Assembly (NCBI GenBank): GCA_964304625.1
Contig: OZ199838.1
Coordinates: forward strand, 5,872,443-5,936,442
Source: Kudoa neothunni
Lineage: Eukaryota; Animalia; Cnidaria
Direction: 5' to 3'
DNA length: 64,000 nucleotides
In this document: in pieces, positions 14,325 to 26,400 of the stretch
Layout of the letters: every line of letters begins with the position of its first letter
Numbering within the stretch: position 1 is the first letter of the stretch
Translations under genes and position numbers: made by a program
The notes under the pieces: generated by a model
What the model saw: only the letters and a program-made list of their open reading frames with translations
Database searches by the model: none
Told to the model about the DNA's origin: nothing

Positions 14325-15354
14325 CAGGGGTGGCCGGACTTGCTCAGATCAGAAGCCAACTTCAGGGTCAACCGAATTTGCAAGAGCCGCAAGGCATTAA
14401 AATCAATTATGTTCATATTTCTTATTTAAAACTTACATTTTTAGAAAATTTTTGGTAAATGCGAAGATTAGATGTTGTAACATTATAAATAAAGGCTTCT
14501 TAATTTTTGTCGAATCCGGTTAATCACTGGAAAACTTTATATAATTATTACAGGTATAATTTATGATGGTTTTTCCAACAAAAAATTAGTGGTTAATGCT
14601 CCAAAATACTTTTTCCCTATGGAATATGTTGAAATAACAAAATATTTTTCATATTTAATCATGTATGGTAGTCTGACAAAAAATTAAAATATTTACGAAT
14701 AAAGTAATAACACAAAAATTTAATGCTTTTGAGTAATTATTTTTTAGACATTCCTTCTAATGTTACAAGTTTTTTGCTTCCATATTTCAGTGAGCTGAAG
14801 GTAATCTGGTTCGTATGCTGTTAACGCTGTACGAATAAGCTCCACCAGGTGTTTTTTTGTCAGCAAGGAATCCGCGATGCTTCAATTTCAAAAACTTTAT
14901 CGTTTAATAATTAAACTCAAAACAATAAGTTGTTTCAAAGATAGAAACATGTTTGAGGAAAGTTTCTTTTAATTTTGAATATTTAGTTTCTGGAACGTAT
15001 TTCCAAAATTCGCTTGGTGAGTCTGAATTATGAATCATCTATTAAGCTTTGGTTTTAATGTGTTTTATACTTTCGATATATATCACTTTGGTAATGGATA
15101 AACATTAGTTCTAATTGTATTTCCTAATAAAATTGGTAATAATTCTATTTCGCATCAGATATTAAAACTATATCGTAGTTTGTAACTATGTTTTCTAATC
15201 AAAAATATTATCTAATTTACGATTAAAGAGTTCATCTCTTCACTTGCATAAATAGTTTAAACTTGGTATTTTTCTGAATTAACGAGCTGGTTAAATTAAA
15301 AAAAAATCAACTTAAACGAATGTTTTTCCAAGAGCCATGGTTTGGCCACCCCTG
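14325..15354 (-). mobile_element. Non-autonomous hAT (Charlie/Buster/SPIN-like) deletion derivative
   Basis: TIRs CAGGGGTGGCC...GGCCACCCCTG. 8-bp TSD atatatac/gtatatac. Decayed transposase C-terminus on the minus strand (FWKYVPETKYSKLKETFLKHVSIFETTYCFE; LTKKHLVELIRTALTAYEPDY). Confidence 0.88.
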
Positions 15355-17518
15355 GTATATACAATACATTTTTTAAGAATTCAAATGATTTTAAAACATT
15401 TTATAATTGTTTATTAATTCTATTGAGAACTAAATGTTAATATAATTTTTTAATTTGGACTATTTAAGATACCAACTGAATAATTTATATATAAAAATTA
15501 GAAATAAATAAATTATCATTTGCATTTTATTTATTAATAAATCGAAAATAGTAGGTTGAAAAAGTAAATTAATTCTAAACAAAATTTATCAAATGACATG
15601 TCTACCAAACTTATTTCAGCTTCGATTGCGCACGAATCGCACGTAATATACTTCGAGAGAGATTCCAATTACGTAGAATAGGTACATCGCGTAAAAAACA
15701 TTCTTGGTCGTACAATTTTTTAGTTGATTGAAGGTACGATTCTCGGACTTACAATTACTGTGTCACGTAATCCATATTAATGGCCACTTAAAGCGTCATG
15801 TAATCCATACTAATGGTCACCTAACGTATATTATGTGTCACGAAACTTATACCTTACGTCACGTAAACCACATTTTGAGATAATAATTATTTATTGTGAG
15901 TAAGCATCGATCGTTCTCGTTCTATTTTTGACTCGGGGTTTCTCTGCGCTTCTAAAAGATATAACAAACCGTCTCCCGGATCCCTCTAGTCGGGAAGTCT
16001 TTCCTGGAATATTACATTCTGTGATGACGTGAAATTTTTTGGAACATTATAAATGATTATAATAATGATATTTTATTTATTTTATGAGATCATTTTCATG
16101 AAACTGGACAGAATAACAGACGTTGTGTATTATTTTAGATTCTTAATAAGTTTTTCTTTGTATATATCGTTACTAAAATGATTCCAAATTGGAAAAGTAA
16201 AGGTAAAATTACTTTATTAATCAATAAGAATGAATATTTTTAAAATTAAATTTAACTATAAGAATGGGTTAAGATTTATATAAAGTATTTTCTTAAGCGT
16301 GAAATTTTCTCGGTGTTGGTAAGTTTGGGCAAGTACCAAATATTGGTCCTAATATATAACAGACCAACATCATCTGTAATTGCGGTTTTGAGTCATATTA
16401 GGCGCAAAATATCATTAATACTTTAAACCAGGGGTAAATTAAGTGACGCCAAAATATGGTACAGGCAATGTTTTCATAATGCGGTTTGTTACGTATTTAA
16501 TAATTTCGGAAGAGTTATGTTATCCTGGGTTATTTAACTTAATTAAGATGTTGACAGAAGTGTTTAAAATATTTTTAGGAGTAAACATTTAACAATTTTT
16601 TATCAAAATATTATCAGTATCTGTCGTTTGTACTTCGTTTGTCCTTTTAGAGATGTAGCCTAATAATACTCAAATAAGTATACCACCCTAAAGTAGATGT
16701 GAATATAACTTCCAAGTTAGGGGGTAAATTTGGGGTTCTCACTAGGTTCGAGGGTAAAATTTGAATAAACCGTTGAAAACCCCTGTTCTAATTCAGAAAT
16801 ATGTTTTTTATGCGTTAAACCAAAATAGTAATCTCATTCTTTAAAATACCATCCTTCAAAAGTCTGACGATTCGTTGCTAGGTATTATCCGTTTGAAATT
16901 TCCCCATACTTCCATCTCGAAGAATTAAAATTACAAAGATGGTGCTTTTTTCGAAGTAGTACGAGCATTGAAATTTTCGATATTCGCCTTTTCAAATACT
17001 ATCGAGTATGCATGACGGGGTTGTTAATATTAATTATATGATTTTAACTAAATTTAATCTTAATAATCCAACAATATTTCACATTATAATTAAAATTTAA
17101 TAACAATTTATTTATTTTGGATAATATACATTAATTTTTAGAATAATTATTCAACAATAAACAAATTTTATATTCTCACAATACATATTCCGCCAACAGT
17201 GGACGAAATGCGCTTTTAAATTATTTAGGCTATACTATACAAATATAATTCAACGTTATATTACATACGTCATTAATAGATATATGAATATTAGTTCAAA
17301 ATTTTAAAAGCTATTAGACATCAATGTTATCTTGAAGGTGTCAAAAGATTATGAATTATAAAAGGCAAAAATAACGATCAATATACAACCAGAATAATTT
17401 TCACTCTTAAACAAAACACGGAAAATCGCTTTTCACAACTAAACAACAATACAAAATGAGAGGAAGTGCAGTTCGAAGTAGGTTTAATCTGCGCAAGCGT
17501 GGTTGTTTAAAATTACGA

Positions 17519-17923
17519 ATGGTGCTTGACCGCTTCATAGAACCCAAGTTCCGTTTTCTGCACTATAAGAAGTACTGCGACAAAAAATCAGTAAATTAAA
17601 GTTGCTTCAATCGTGTTTAACATCTAATAGATTCTACTTTGGGGATCTGTTGCCATTGTTTGGAATGTTGTGACGTTTACATGTAATCATAGAAACATGT
17701 CAATCGATGTTTATATGATTGAAACTGTTAGATATAATGGGTCATCGATATGCTGAAGATCGTTATAACGATATAATAAATGTATGCTCAATCATAATTT
17801 CCTTATTGTATTGATAATTGCATGGTGTAGCGCAAAACTTATTCTGTGATTGGCTTCAACTTTGAAATAGAAGATTACAAAGTTCCTGGTGTTCATGGAA
17901 ATCACAAATGTAGTGATACTTGA
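17519..17923 (+). CDS. Uncharacterised 88-aa single-pass membrane microprotein (4 exons)
   Basis: Exons 17519-17590, 17631-17682, 17732-17781 and 17831-17923 are joined by GT-AG introns of 40, 49 and 49 nt and give an open frame: MVLDRFIEPKFRFLHYKKYCDKKSILLWGSVAIVWNVVTFTYIMGHRYAEDRYNDIINRKTYSVIGFNFEIEDYKVPGVHGNHKCSDT*. Confidence 0.75.
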
Positions 17924-18273
17924 GATACTGCTTTTATATAATACACGTCTTTCTGTGACAAATGATATTTTAAATGTGTTTATTTTTTTTCTTATTACTT
18001 AGCATATTATTTCGAGATCTTCGGTAATAAATGTAAAATTAGCAGTAGTTTAAATTCGGACTGCTCAAATAAGCTGATATGCGCTAGTGGTAACATTTAA
18101 TTTAGCACATAATAAAGCACAAAATTTGTTTGCATATATTTTCTAATATTTAATGAAGAGAAATTAAATGAGTTATCTGTCTTTATTAATGGGTGATAAA
18201 TTATACATGTAGGGTGATAAATTTACAAAATACATTAGCTGATATGGAAATGTTATTTTTATTGTTGCATTTA

Positions 18274-19311
18274 TTAAAAACCATATTTCATTCGAGATTG
18301 TTGGCGATTCGCTCTGCTCTTAGCCCATTTATTTTTGAGTTGTGTCTCCATTTGTCTAGCTTGTAGGGCCAAATATGTGATTTGATGTCGTTTTTTACTT
18401 TCCCCACCCAATGCAACTCCAGTGTAGGTGGATTCACGTTCTTGGGTTAGTTGTTTAAGAGCATCGATATCTTGATTTTTAAGTTGGTCGGCATTCACAT
18501 CGATACAATGTATTGGTTGACGACGCTTACGATCGCCAGTCAGACGTTTCAGTGACTCATCGTCCAAAATATTTTGTATATGGGAAGTGGAACTATCTGG
18601 GTAAGTTATGGTATCATTTGAGGGCTCAAAATCCATAATAATTTTATGCGCATCATTTGAAACGTGTTTAATTTCGTCTGTTGGCTCCTCTTCCCCATTT
18701 TCGTAACCATTCTCAACAATCTCAGGCGCAAATTGTGAATTCAATCCGAAGAAATCCTTATCATTTTTGTTGTTGTCTGACGAATCACTTGAGTTATCAG
18801 AATCATACGCAGCTACCAAAGAAAAGTTTTTTGTACTCTGAGTAGACGATTTAGTACTGTTGCCATCGTTTTTCGTATCTATATTTTTCACTTTAAGTGG
18901 TAAAAACTCAGACAATTGTTTCGAAGGTTTGGTCGTTTGGCCAACTGGTTTAGTTTTCGGCAAAAAACTTAATTCTAGGTTAGAAGATTCGACGAGGTTA
19001 TCTTTTTTAAACTTTGGGGAAGGAAGCAAACCTAACAGCCCAACATTCTAAATCAACCAATTCACATCATTTAGAGATAAAAATCTAATTTTTACTTTTT
19101 TATCTATACTTGAGGCATTTACTGTTTTTAGAGTTGAATTATTTTCAGTAGGAACCTATTCTAATGTTATAAATATGCTTGAGTGTCAATTAATACATTA
19201 ACCGGTAGTTCTGGAAGAGTTATTTTAATTTTCGATTTTTCTAAACCAAATTACAAGCATCGAAAGACAAAAACTACCAGAAGGATTAGGCATTTTGTCG
19301 TGGACCGACAT
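18274..19311 (-). CDS. PRCC: Proline-rich mitotic checkpoint control factor PRCC homolog
   Basis: C-terminus KKRHQITYLALQARQMETQLKNKWAKSRANRQQSRMKYGF is the PRCC_Cterm signature; SLVAAYDSD motif present. Short upstream exons (MSVHDKMPNPS|EKSKIKITLPELP). Exact start (19311 vs 19293) is uncertain. Confidence 0.88.
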
Positions 19312-20665
19312 TTTACGAATGGTGACGAAATTTAATTTACATTTAATAAATGTTAACCTTTTTCGGAAAAATATACAAATTCGCGATTAGTTACGATTTG
19401 AAAAGAGTAATTTAATCATAAATCGCATTTTTGTTATATTAATACCTCCTATATATTAGATATTGACTACCTTTATTATATTAAAATACAAATTCCTGTA
19501 TAAAATTCAATTATAATTTTTTAATTACAATGATATAAATTTAAATATGGTTATATTTAGCTAACAGAGTTTGGTTAGGATATTAATATTTTAGTGCTCT
19601 AACAACTCATTTAATAAATTACCTCCTATTTCCCCATTATTTAGAGGAGAAATACTCTGAAATGGGCACAATATTTCAAGATCAAATTTTATTTCATCGG
19701 TGGAAAAAAAAGGATGAGTTTATTTGATTTTTTTAGTCAGAACTGAAAAATATTTATATAAAGTTTAGGAATAAAACTTCGAAACATATTGGCGTTATAT
19801 TTTACGTATTTAAATTTTTTCGACATACGCGATTACTTATAGCTCCGCATAATTGGATGTTTTGTGTTATAGACTATTGCATGCTTAGTCGTTTATAAGT
19901 CACCGACAGCATATTTCACTAACTAATCAATTAACGCTAATAATGTTTTTATATGCGCTTTAACACATGACGTTATCAATTAAAGTAAACTCAAGAAAAT
20001 AACAAATGTCGTGTACAAAACAATATTTGAACGAAATTGTCTGATATATGTTTAGCTTTAGTACATCAATATGGCCAAAGCTCTTAAGTTTATTTACTAT
20101 TTTATTGGTGATAATAAACAACCTAATCATCATGTTTATCATTGTCAAAAATCAGGGATTATTATCCCCCAAAATTTTAATCCTAAACGGTTTGTACGCG
20201 TGCGCAAATAGAACTTTTAATCCCAGCAACTCTTACTCACAAGTTGTATACGGATTAACTTTCTTAGAAACTGATACATTCAATTATTTTAAGTCCTCGG
20301 TTTCACTCTTGAAGGCCACAAATAATTAAATAGGGTCCAAACGAATATCATCTGAATATTATTTACGATACAAATAGTCACTTTCTTATCAAAATATTAA
20401 TGTATACCCAACAATCAGGTGTAATGATAAATTCATAAATAGGTCCTATTGACAAAACTGAATAAATCGTGTTTATTTTTTTTAATTTGAATACGCATCA
20501 TACATAAATTTTAAAAAATGCGCTTATAAATAAAATAAAACATTTTCTGAACGTTATAAAGTCGATTACACATGAAAAGAATTGAACGATGAACTTGTTA
20601 TTGATGCGTGAGAAGGTTTAATGATAACTGATAAGTGACAATATTTTTCAACTTAGAGATAAACA

Positions 20666-22833
20666 ATGGTTGGTTATGTACCAAACAAAATATCCAATTG
20701 CACATGGTCATCAGTGTCCAAAAACAGCATCACTCATCATTATCATCACCACATAAAGTTAAAGTATCAGATGAAACAACATAATTTAGTTGCTGAGATT
20801 ATTTTATTGCGATTGGTTGGCCGAATGAGTTACTGATTAAGTGTAGGCCACTTCAACCATACATCTACGACAACATCATGGAATACATTGGAAAACACTC
20901 CTTTGGTAAGGCTGAACAATATTACAAAAAAATATGACTTAGAATGTGAACTATGTAATTATCAGTTGAGAGTTAACACACGATAAACTAAACATGATTG
21001 GTAATTGTAGTGGGAAAATGCGAATTCTTGAATCCCGGGGGTTCTGTTAAAGACCGTATCGGTTATAGAATGGTTAAAGAAGCTCAACGAGAAGGACGAC
21101 TTAAACCAGGTGCCACTCTTATCGAGCCCACCTCGGGAAACACTGGTAGCAATTTTCTCGCCGTTAATCCAATTCCGTATACTCTCATAGGTGTGAGTAT
21201 TGCCACTGCGGCAGCTATATACGGTTACAATTGTATAATTGTCATACCGGAGAAAATGAGCAAAGAAAAGGTAACTTTAAGAACAGCTGACAAGATTAAC
21301 ATGATGACAATAGGTGAGTGTACTCAAGGGACTTGGAGCAAAAGTAATTAGAACAAGAACGAGCGCTCGTTACTATGAAGAAGGTACATTTATTCAAGTT
21401 TAAAACAATTTGATTCCAAACTTCATTTTAGATTCTCTATTTCAGATTTCAGCTCGATTACAAGATCAAATAGAAAATTCAATCATATTAGATCAGGTAG
21501 TTGAACTGAGCAACTCATCACAACTTTCTCATCTCTATATATCCAAATTAACGCTTGAGTTTATTTTCTAGTATAAAAATCCATACAATTCAATAGCGCA
21601 TTATGATTCGACGGCTGAAGAAATACTGCGGGATTGTGATGGTGCTATTGACGCTATTGTAATAGGTGCTGGAACTGGAGGGACTTTGGCGGGTGTAGCT
21701 CGTAAATTCAGGGAAAAACTACCAACTTGCAAAGTAATTTTGACCATTAAAAAAATCTGTTGATTTATCAAAATTATTATAAAGATATGTGCTGTTGATC
21801 CTTACGGATCTAGTCTAGCAGGAGGATTGACTCCTCGCGATAAAATCACGTCATTCTACGAAGTCGAAGGTATCGGTTATGATTTTATACCAACTGTGTT
21901 GGATCGTGATCCGGTGGATCAATGGATAAAATCAGCCGATAAGGAAAGTCTAAAACTTGCTCGGGAGTTAATTTCATTAGAGGGACTGTTATGTGGTAAC
22001 TGACTATGAATCTACTCGCTTATTAATTTGGTCCAAATAATCAGGAGGGTCAAGTGGAGCTGCCCTGTATGGAGCTATACAAGTAGCAAGAACACTAAAA
22101 AAAGGTCAAAGATGTGTTGTTATACTTCCAGATTCTATAAGAAACTACCTGTATACCAAATATAATTAATTAGCTTCTAATAACATTTTTAAAGGAGTAA
22201 GTTCCTAGATGATAGTTGGATGGTTGAAAGAGATTTTATGGAATGTATTCCAATCAATGAAAACTCAAAGAGGTATTTCAATTAGCTATTTATCTTAATA
22301 ATACGATAAAAGATGGTGGAACGAATCCATTCAGAAAATTCCTCTCGATCTACCGATCACGTTGTTACCATCGCAAACGTTATCGCAAGCAATATCCATG
22401 CTAAAAAGGTCAACATAATAAATTATTTAGTTATTAATAAAATTTATATAGTATTAAAAATAGTGTTGTCCCTGTTTTGGATGAAAAAAAGTTTATTTTA
22501 ATCATTTTATTGATATTTTAATTCTTTGTTTAGTAGAGTTTTGGGGGTCGTTTCAATTCAAGATATTTTCAATATTTACATCAATTCTGAAGATTCAGAG
22601 CATAAATTGATCGAGAATATTATGAAAAAAGTTTTCCATCCTATTTTTTACATTGAAGGCACGTTAGGGAAAGCTTATCATTCACTCAATACTTCCGATG
22701 AAGCTGTTGTTGTGCAATCTCCTAGTAAATATGAGTTTGAACTTGAGGCAGCTAAATTATTTGTTTAGCCAACTTTCAATATATGGGTAACATCTCAAAA
22801 GCTTCTCTCTTAGCACATATCAATGAGTTATAG
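20666..22833 (+). CDS. CBS: Cystathionine beta-synthase (heme-binding N-terminus, PLP domain, CBS domains), multi-exon
   Basis: [20 protein letters not shown] (heme Cys/His region), [14 protein letters not shown] (PLP Lys), [56 protein letters not shown]. One extra A at 20892-20895. Confidence 0.95.
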
Positions 22834-23439
22834 AGTTAACTTAACTATCTACTATTTCTTTGTTTCTTGTCTATACGTGTATTGATTTTCTTGGTTGGAA
22901 TTAAATATATTTAAATGTGATCTCTCTATAGTAACTAAATTCCATATTCAACTTGAATTATTTGAAATAGATTCAACAGTACATGTACTTTTATAAAATA
23001 TGTGATTAGTGTAACAGTAGGACGGTTGCCACAGCTATTATGATAGGGTAGTTAGAAATTGGTTTTGGTATTATTAAAATGGTAAATTAATAATCGACAA
23101 CATAAGTTTGATAAGAGAAGGGTTGACTAGGTAACAGTGTAGGTGACGATATGGGGCTTTAATTTAGTAAGACCAATATTGTATTGATAGGATACCGTTC
23201 TTTTGTTGCCTTAAATAATTTGGTGCTGACTCGAAATGTGTCTATTTCATCAATTCTTTGGCTTACGTATCTCCACTAGCATATCAATGTGAATTGACTT
23301 ATTGAATTTAGTCCTTTAAAGGCAGCTATGGTAATAATTATAATTAAATACGGCATGAAATAAAACAAAAAGATCATATAATTAAGAAAGATTGGCTCGC
23401 ATTTAATCAACTTGAAGTTGTTATTTGATAGAGCATTTC

Positions 23440-26400
23440 ATGGGTCGAGGTTTTGTAGCGCTTAAAGTTATCCTTATATTTTTTATTTATGTAAATACAA
23501 TTGTATCTGGAGACAACAAGTAAAAATGAGAAAATGGAATGACGGTCTCTTATTTCGCATAGTGTTCGACTCGTTGCGGAACAAATATCGAGAAATATTC
23601 GTCATTTCACTGACATCACAACCAAATATAAACAACTAAATGAAGTTTGTCAAATAAATGTTGAAGCTCGTTTAATATTTTCATAAGGGATTCGGGATAT
23701 TGTACAAAAAAGGAAGTTATATTCTTGAAAAAACTAATAGCGAAGAAATTGTACAAATATTTTCCAATAGAATTGTCCAAATAATTTCAAACGCTACATT
23801 AAATATTAGAGTAATTTTAAAATTCTAAAATAATTGTACATCTGAATAAATTTTTCTTGAAAGAACCTGGCGGATGAAACCACTCGTGCTGAATTTGAGG
23901 AATGGAACACTAATAGTAACGCCTCAAGTTTTATTCAAAAAGTAATTAGAGATATGATCAATTTGAACAGATGCCGAATTAAAAACGTCGTAGTGTGATA
24001 ATCGTGATATTAAAAGCTTGTTTGAGAATAACTGTTTCCCAAAAAGTCTCAAAATAAACGATGATTTTTTTGAGAACATTCCAACCGATTTCAACAATAG
24101 TTATGTGCTTCTGAGAACGAACCAAAATATAAATGGCACGTTTTCATAATCGACCAAAAAATTATTCAAACTTTAGACAAAGCTATAACTAAACGATTAC
24201 GATGGATGGAAAAACTCAATCCGGTCTTTATTGAAAATCGCAAACAACGACCCAAGTCATATTGGCAATATGTAGCCACGTCAAACGGAGAAATTGTTGT
24301 TTATCCTGGTAGCACAGCTTTGTACAACCCAAACGTATCTAACATCTATGAGCCTCGTTTTCGGCCCTGGTAAGTTTACATTATCGATAAATGAGTAACA
24401 AAGTTATTCTTAATTTTTCAATTACAGAAATTTAAAGATATTTTCGAAATATTTTTAAGGTGATGTGAAAAAATATGCATAAAATTAGTCGTCTAATCAT
24501 TTTTATCTAGTTTTACAGACGCGAGATTGAATTTTTTTACGACGCTTTTTGGACATAGTTTAGATATTATACATTCATTTGATATAAATTTTATTGGAAA
24601 TCAAATATTTTTTAATCATTTAAAAATATTATTAGACAATACTTTTAGGTGTAGAATCGTTAATATTTATATCGTCTGTTATTACATAACTTTTTTCTTA
24701 ATCCTTTTGTGCCCAATGTTCGTATAAATTTTATATGAACAGAAGAGAAAATCGCACTTCTATGACGCTATATTTTTAATATATTTCTCCCAACTTGATT
24801 TAAAATGTTATATTTATTTATATCCACTTAAAAATTAGTTTAAAATAATTCAAGTGAATTTTGACATTAGAATACATATTCAAAGATTCCAATTATTACC
24901 ACTAGAAAGTAAATAATTTCTTTTCTCGCATAATCGTAATATATTCCATAAGATATTTTGATAACATATAATTTTTCATAATTTAAAAATATTCATATAG
25001 TTATTTAAAAAAGTTATACAAGGATTATTTTTAAGTATTACCTAATAAATAATTATTGCGATATTTATAATTATATAATACATCCACATCAAAGGAAAAA
25101 ATTGATATACTAAAAATTAATCTGTTGTACCTCCTTTTAAAAGCATCGGCCTTAAATATTTTTAGATATGTAATTTTCATTTTTTTTGTAATTTGATGAT
25201 AATGGCTGATAAAAATTATTGAGAGAATTTTAATTGTTTATGTTAGCAAACTAATGGTCAGTTAAATGTGGATATATACCTTCATTGTATATGATTTTAG
25301 TTATTTAATTGTGTACGCAACATTCGCTTGTTTGGATCGCTTTCTTTAAACTCAATTATGAATGAGTTGACTCTGAAAATTAATATTTTCGCTAATTAGA
25401 TTCTTTAGATAGATTTAAACAATTTAAATTCAAAATTCTTATATGATTTATCATTATTCTTTAAAATTCCATTACGTATGCTAATTTCTGACATGCTAAA
25501 TTGCAATATTGTAATAGTTTTCGTCCTTTAACGCACGTACTGAGTCGACAATTTTCACCTTTAAATGAAATGAGTTTGGGGTGATTTTTGATCCCAGAAT
25601 AGAAATAGTAGTTCAACGAATAAAATACGACATCAGAAAATACAAACATATTAGAATTTGTAAAATATATTCATCTCATTATTATTTTGGATACAATTTT
25701 GCCAAAATATCGGCATCTGAGGGTTAAACATAGGTTTCATACAATTTTAATGACACGTTGAACGTTTGTTGTTATTCCGTTTTAAGCAAATGGAGCATTT
25801 TTTCCTTTAAGTTAAATCTTGTTTCCGCAAAATTTGATTCTGGTTAGCTATTTTGTCAATGCCGTATTCATTTGAAATTTCTTCGACGATACTAATATAT
25901 TTTCTCCATGTTCAGGGGTGGACAATTATGTTTCTGAAGGGTCGGATTTTTATAAAAAAAGTTGATCATGGTCTGAAAGCTATTATTTTAAAAGAATTTG
26001 ATATTAAAATAAATTGAATTGCATTGCATTTTAAATAAAACCTAATAAAAATTTGATTTTCTGCGTACTGTACAGATATGGTGATAAATAAGGTAAACAG
26101 CGTTGGGCCAGTATGTACAAATAAATACATTTTGACCAAATCTTTATTAAAAACAAGCATCCGTTATTAATTTTTCGCTTTTCAGCACCCGCTGTGGTCA
26201 AAATTAAACGTCTTGTGAAAGAATTACATGTTTAATCGGTTCAGCAATTATTTTTGTAAGTATAGTAGAATGAGTTTATGTATATTTCGAACTCGATTTT
26301 TCACAGATAAATTAATAAATTGAGTGACCTATTGTCTAATGGATTTTTGTATAGGTTATTGAATCAGGTAGTTTGTAACGGCTTAATTTCATTATTCAAC

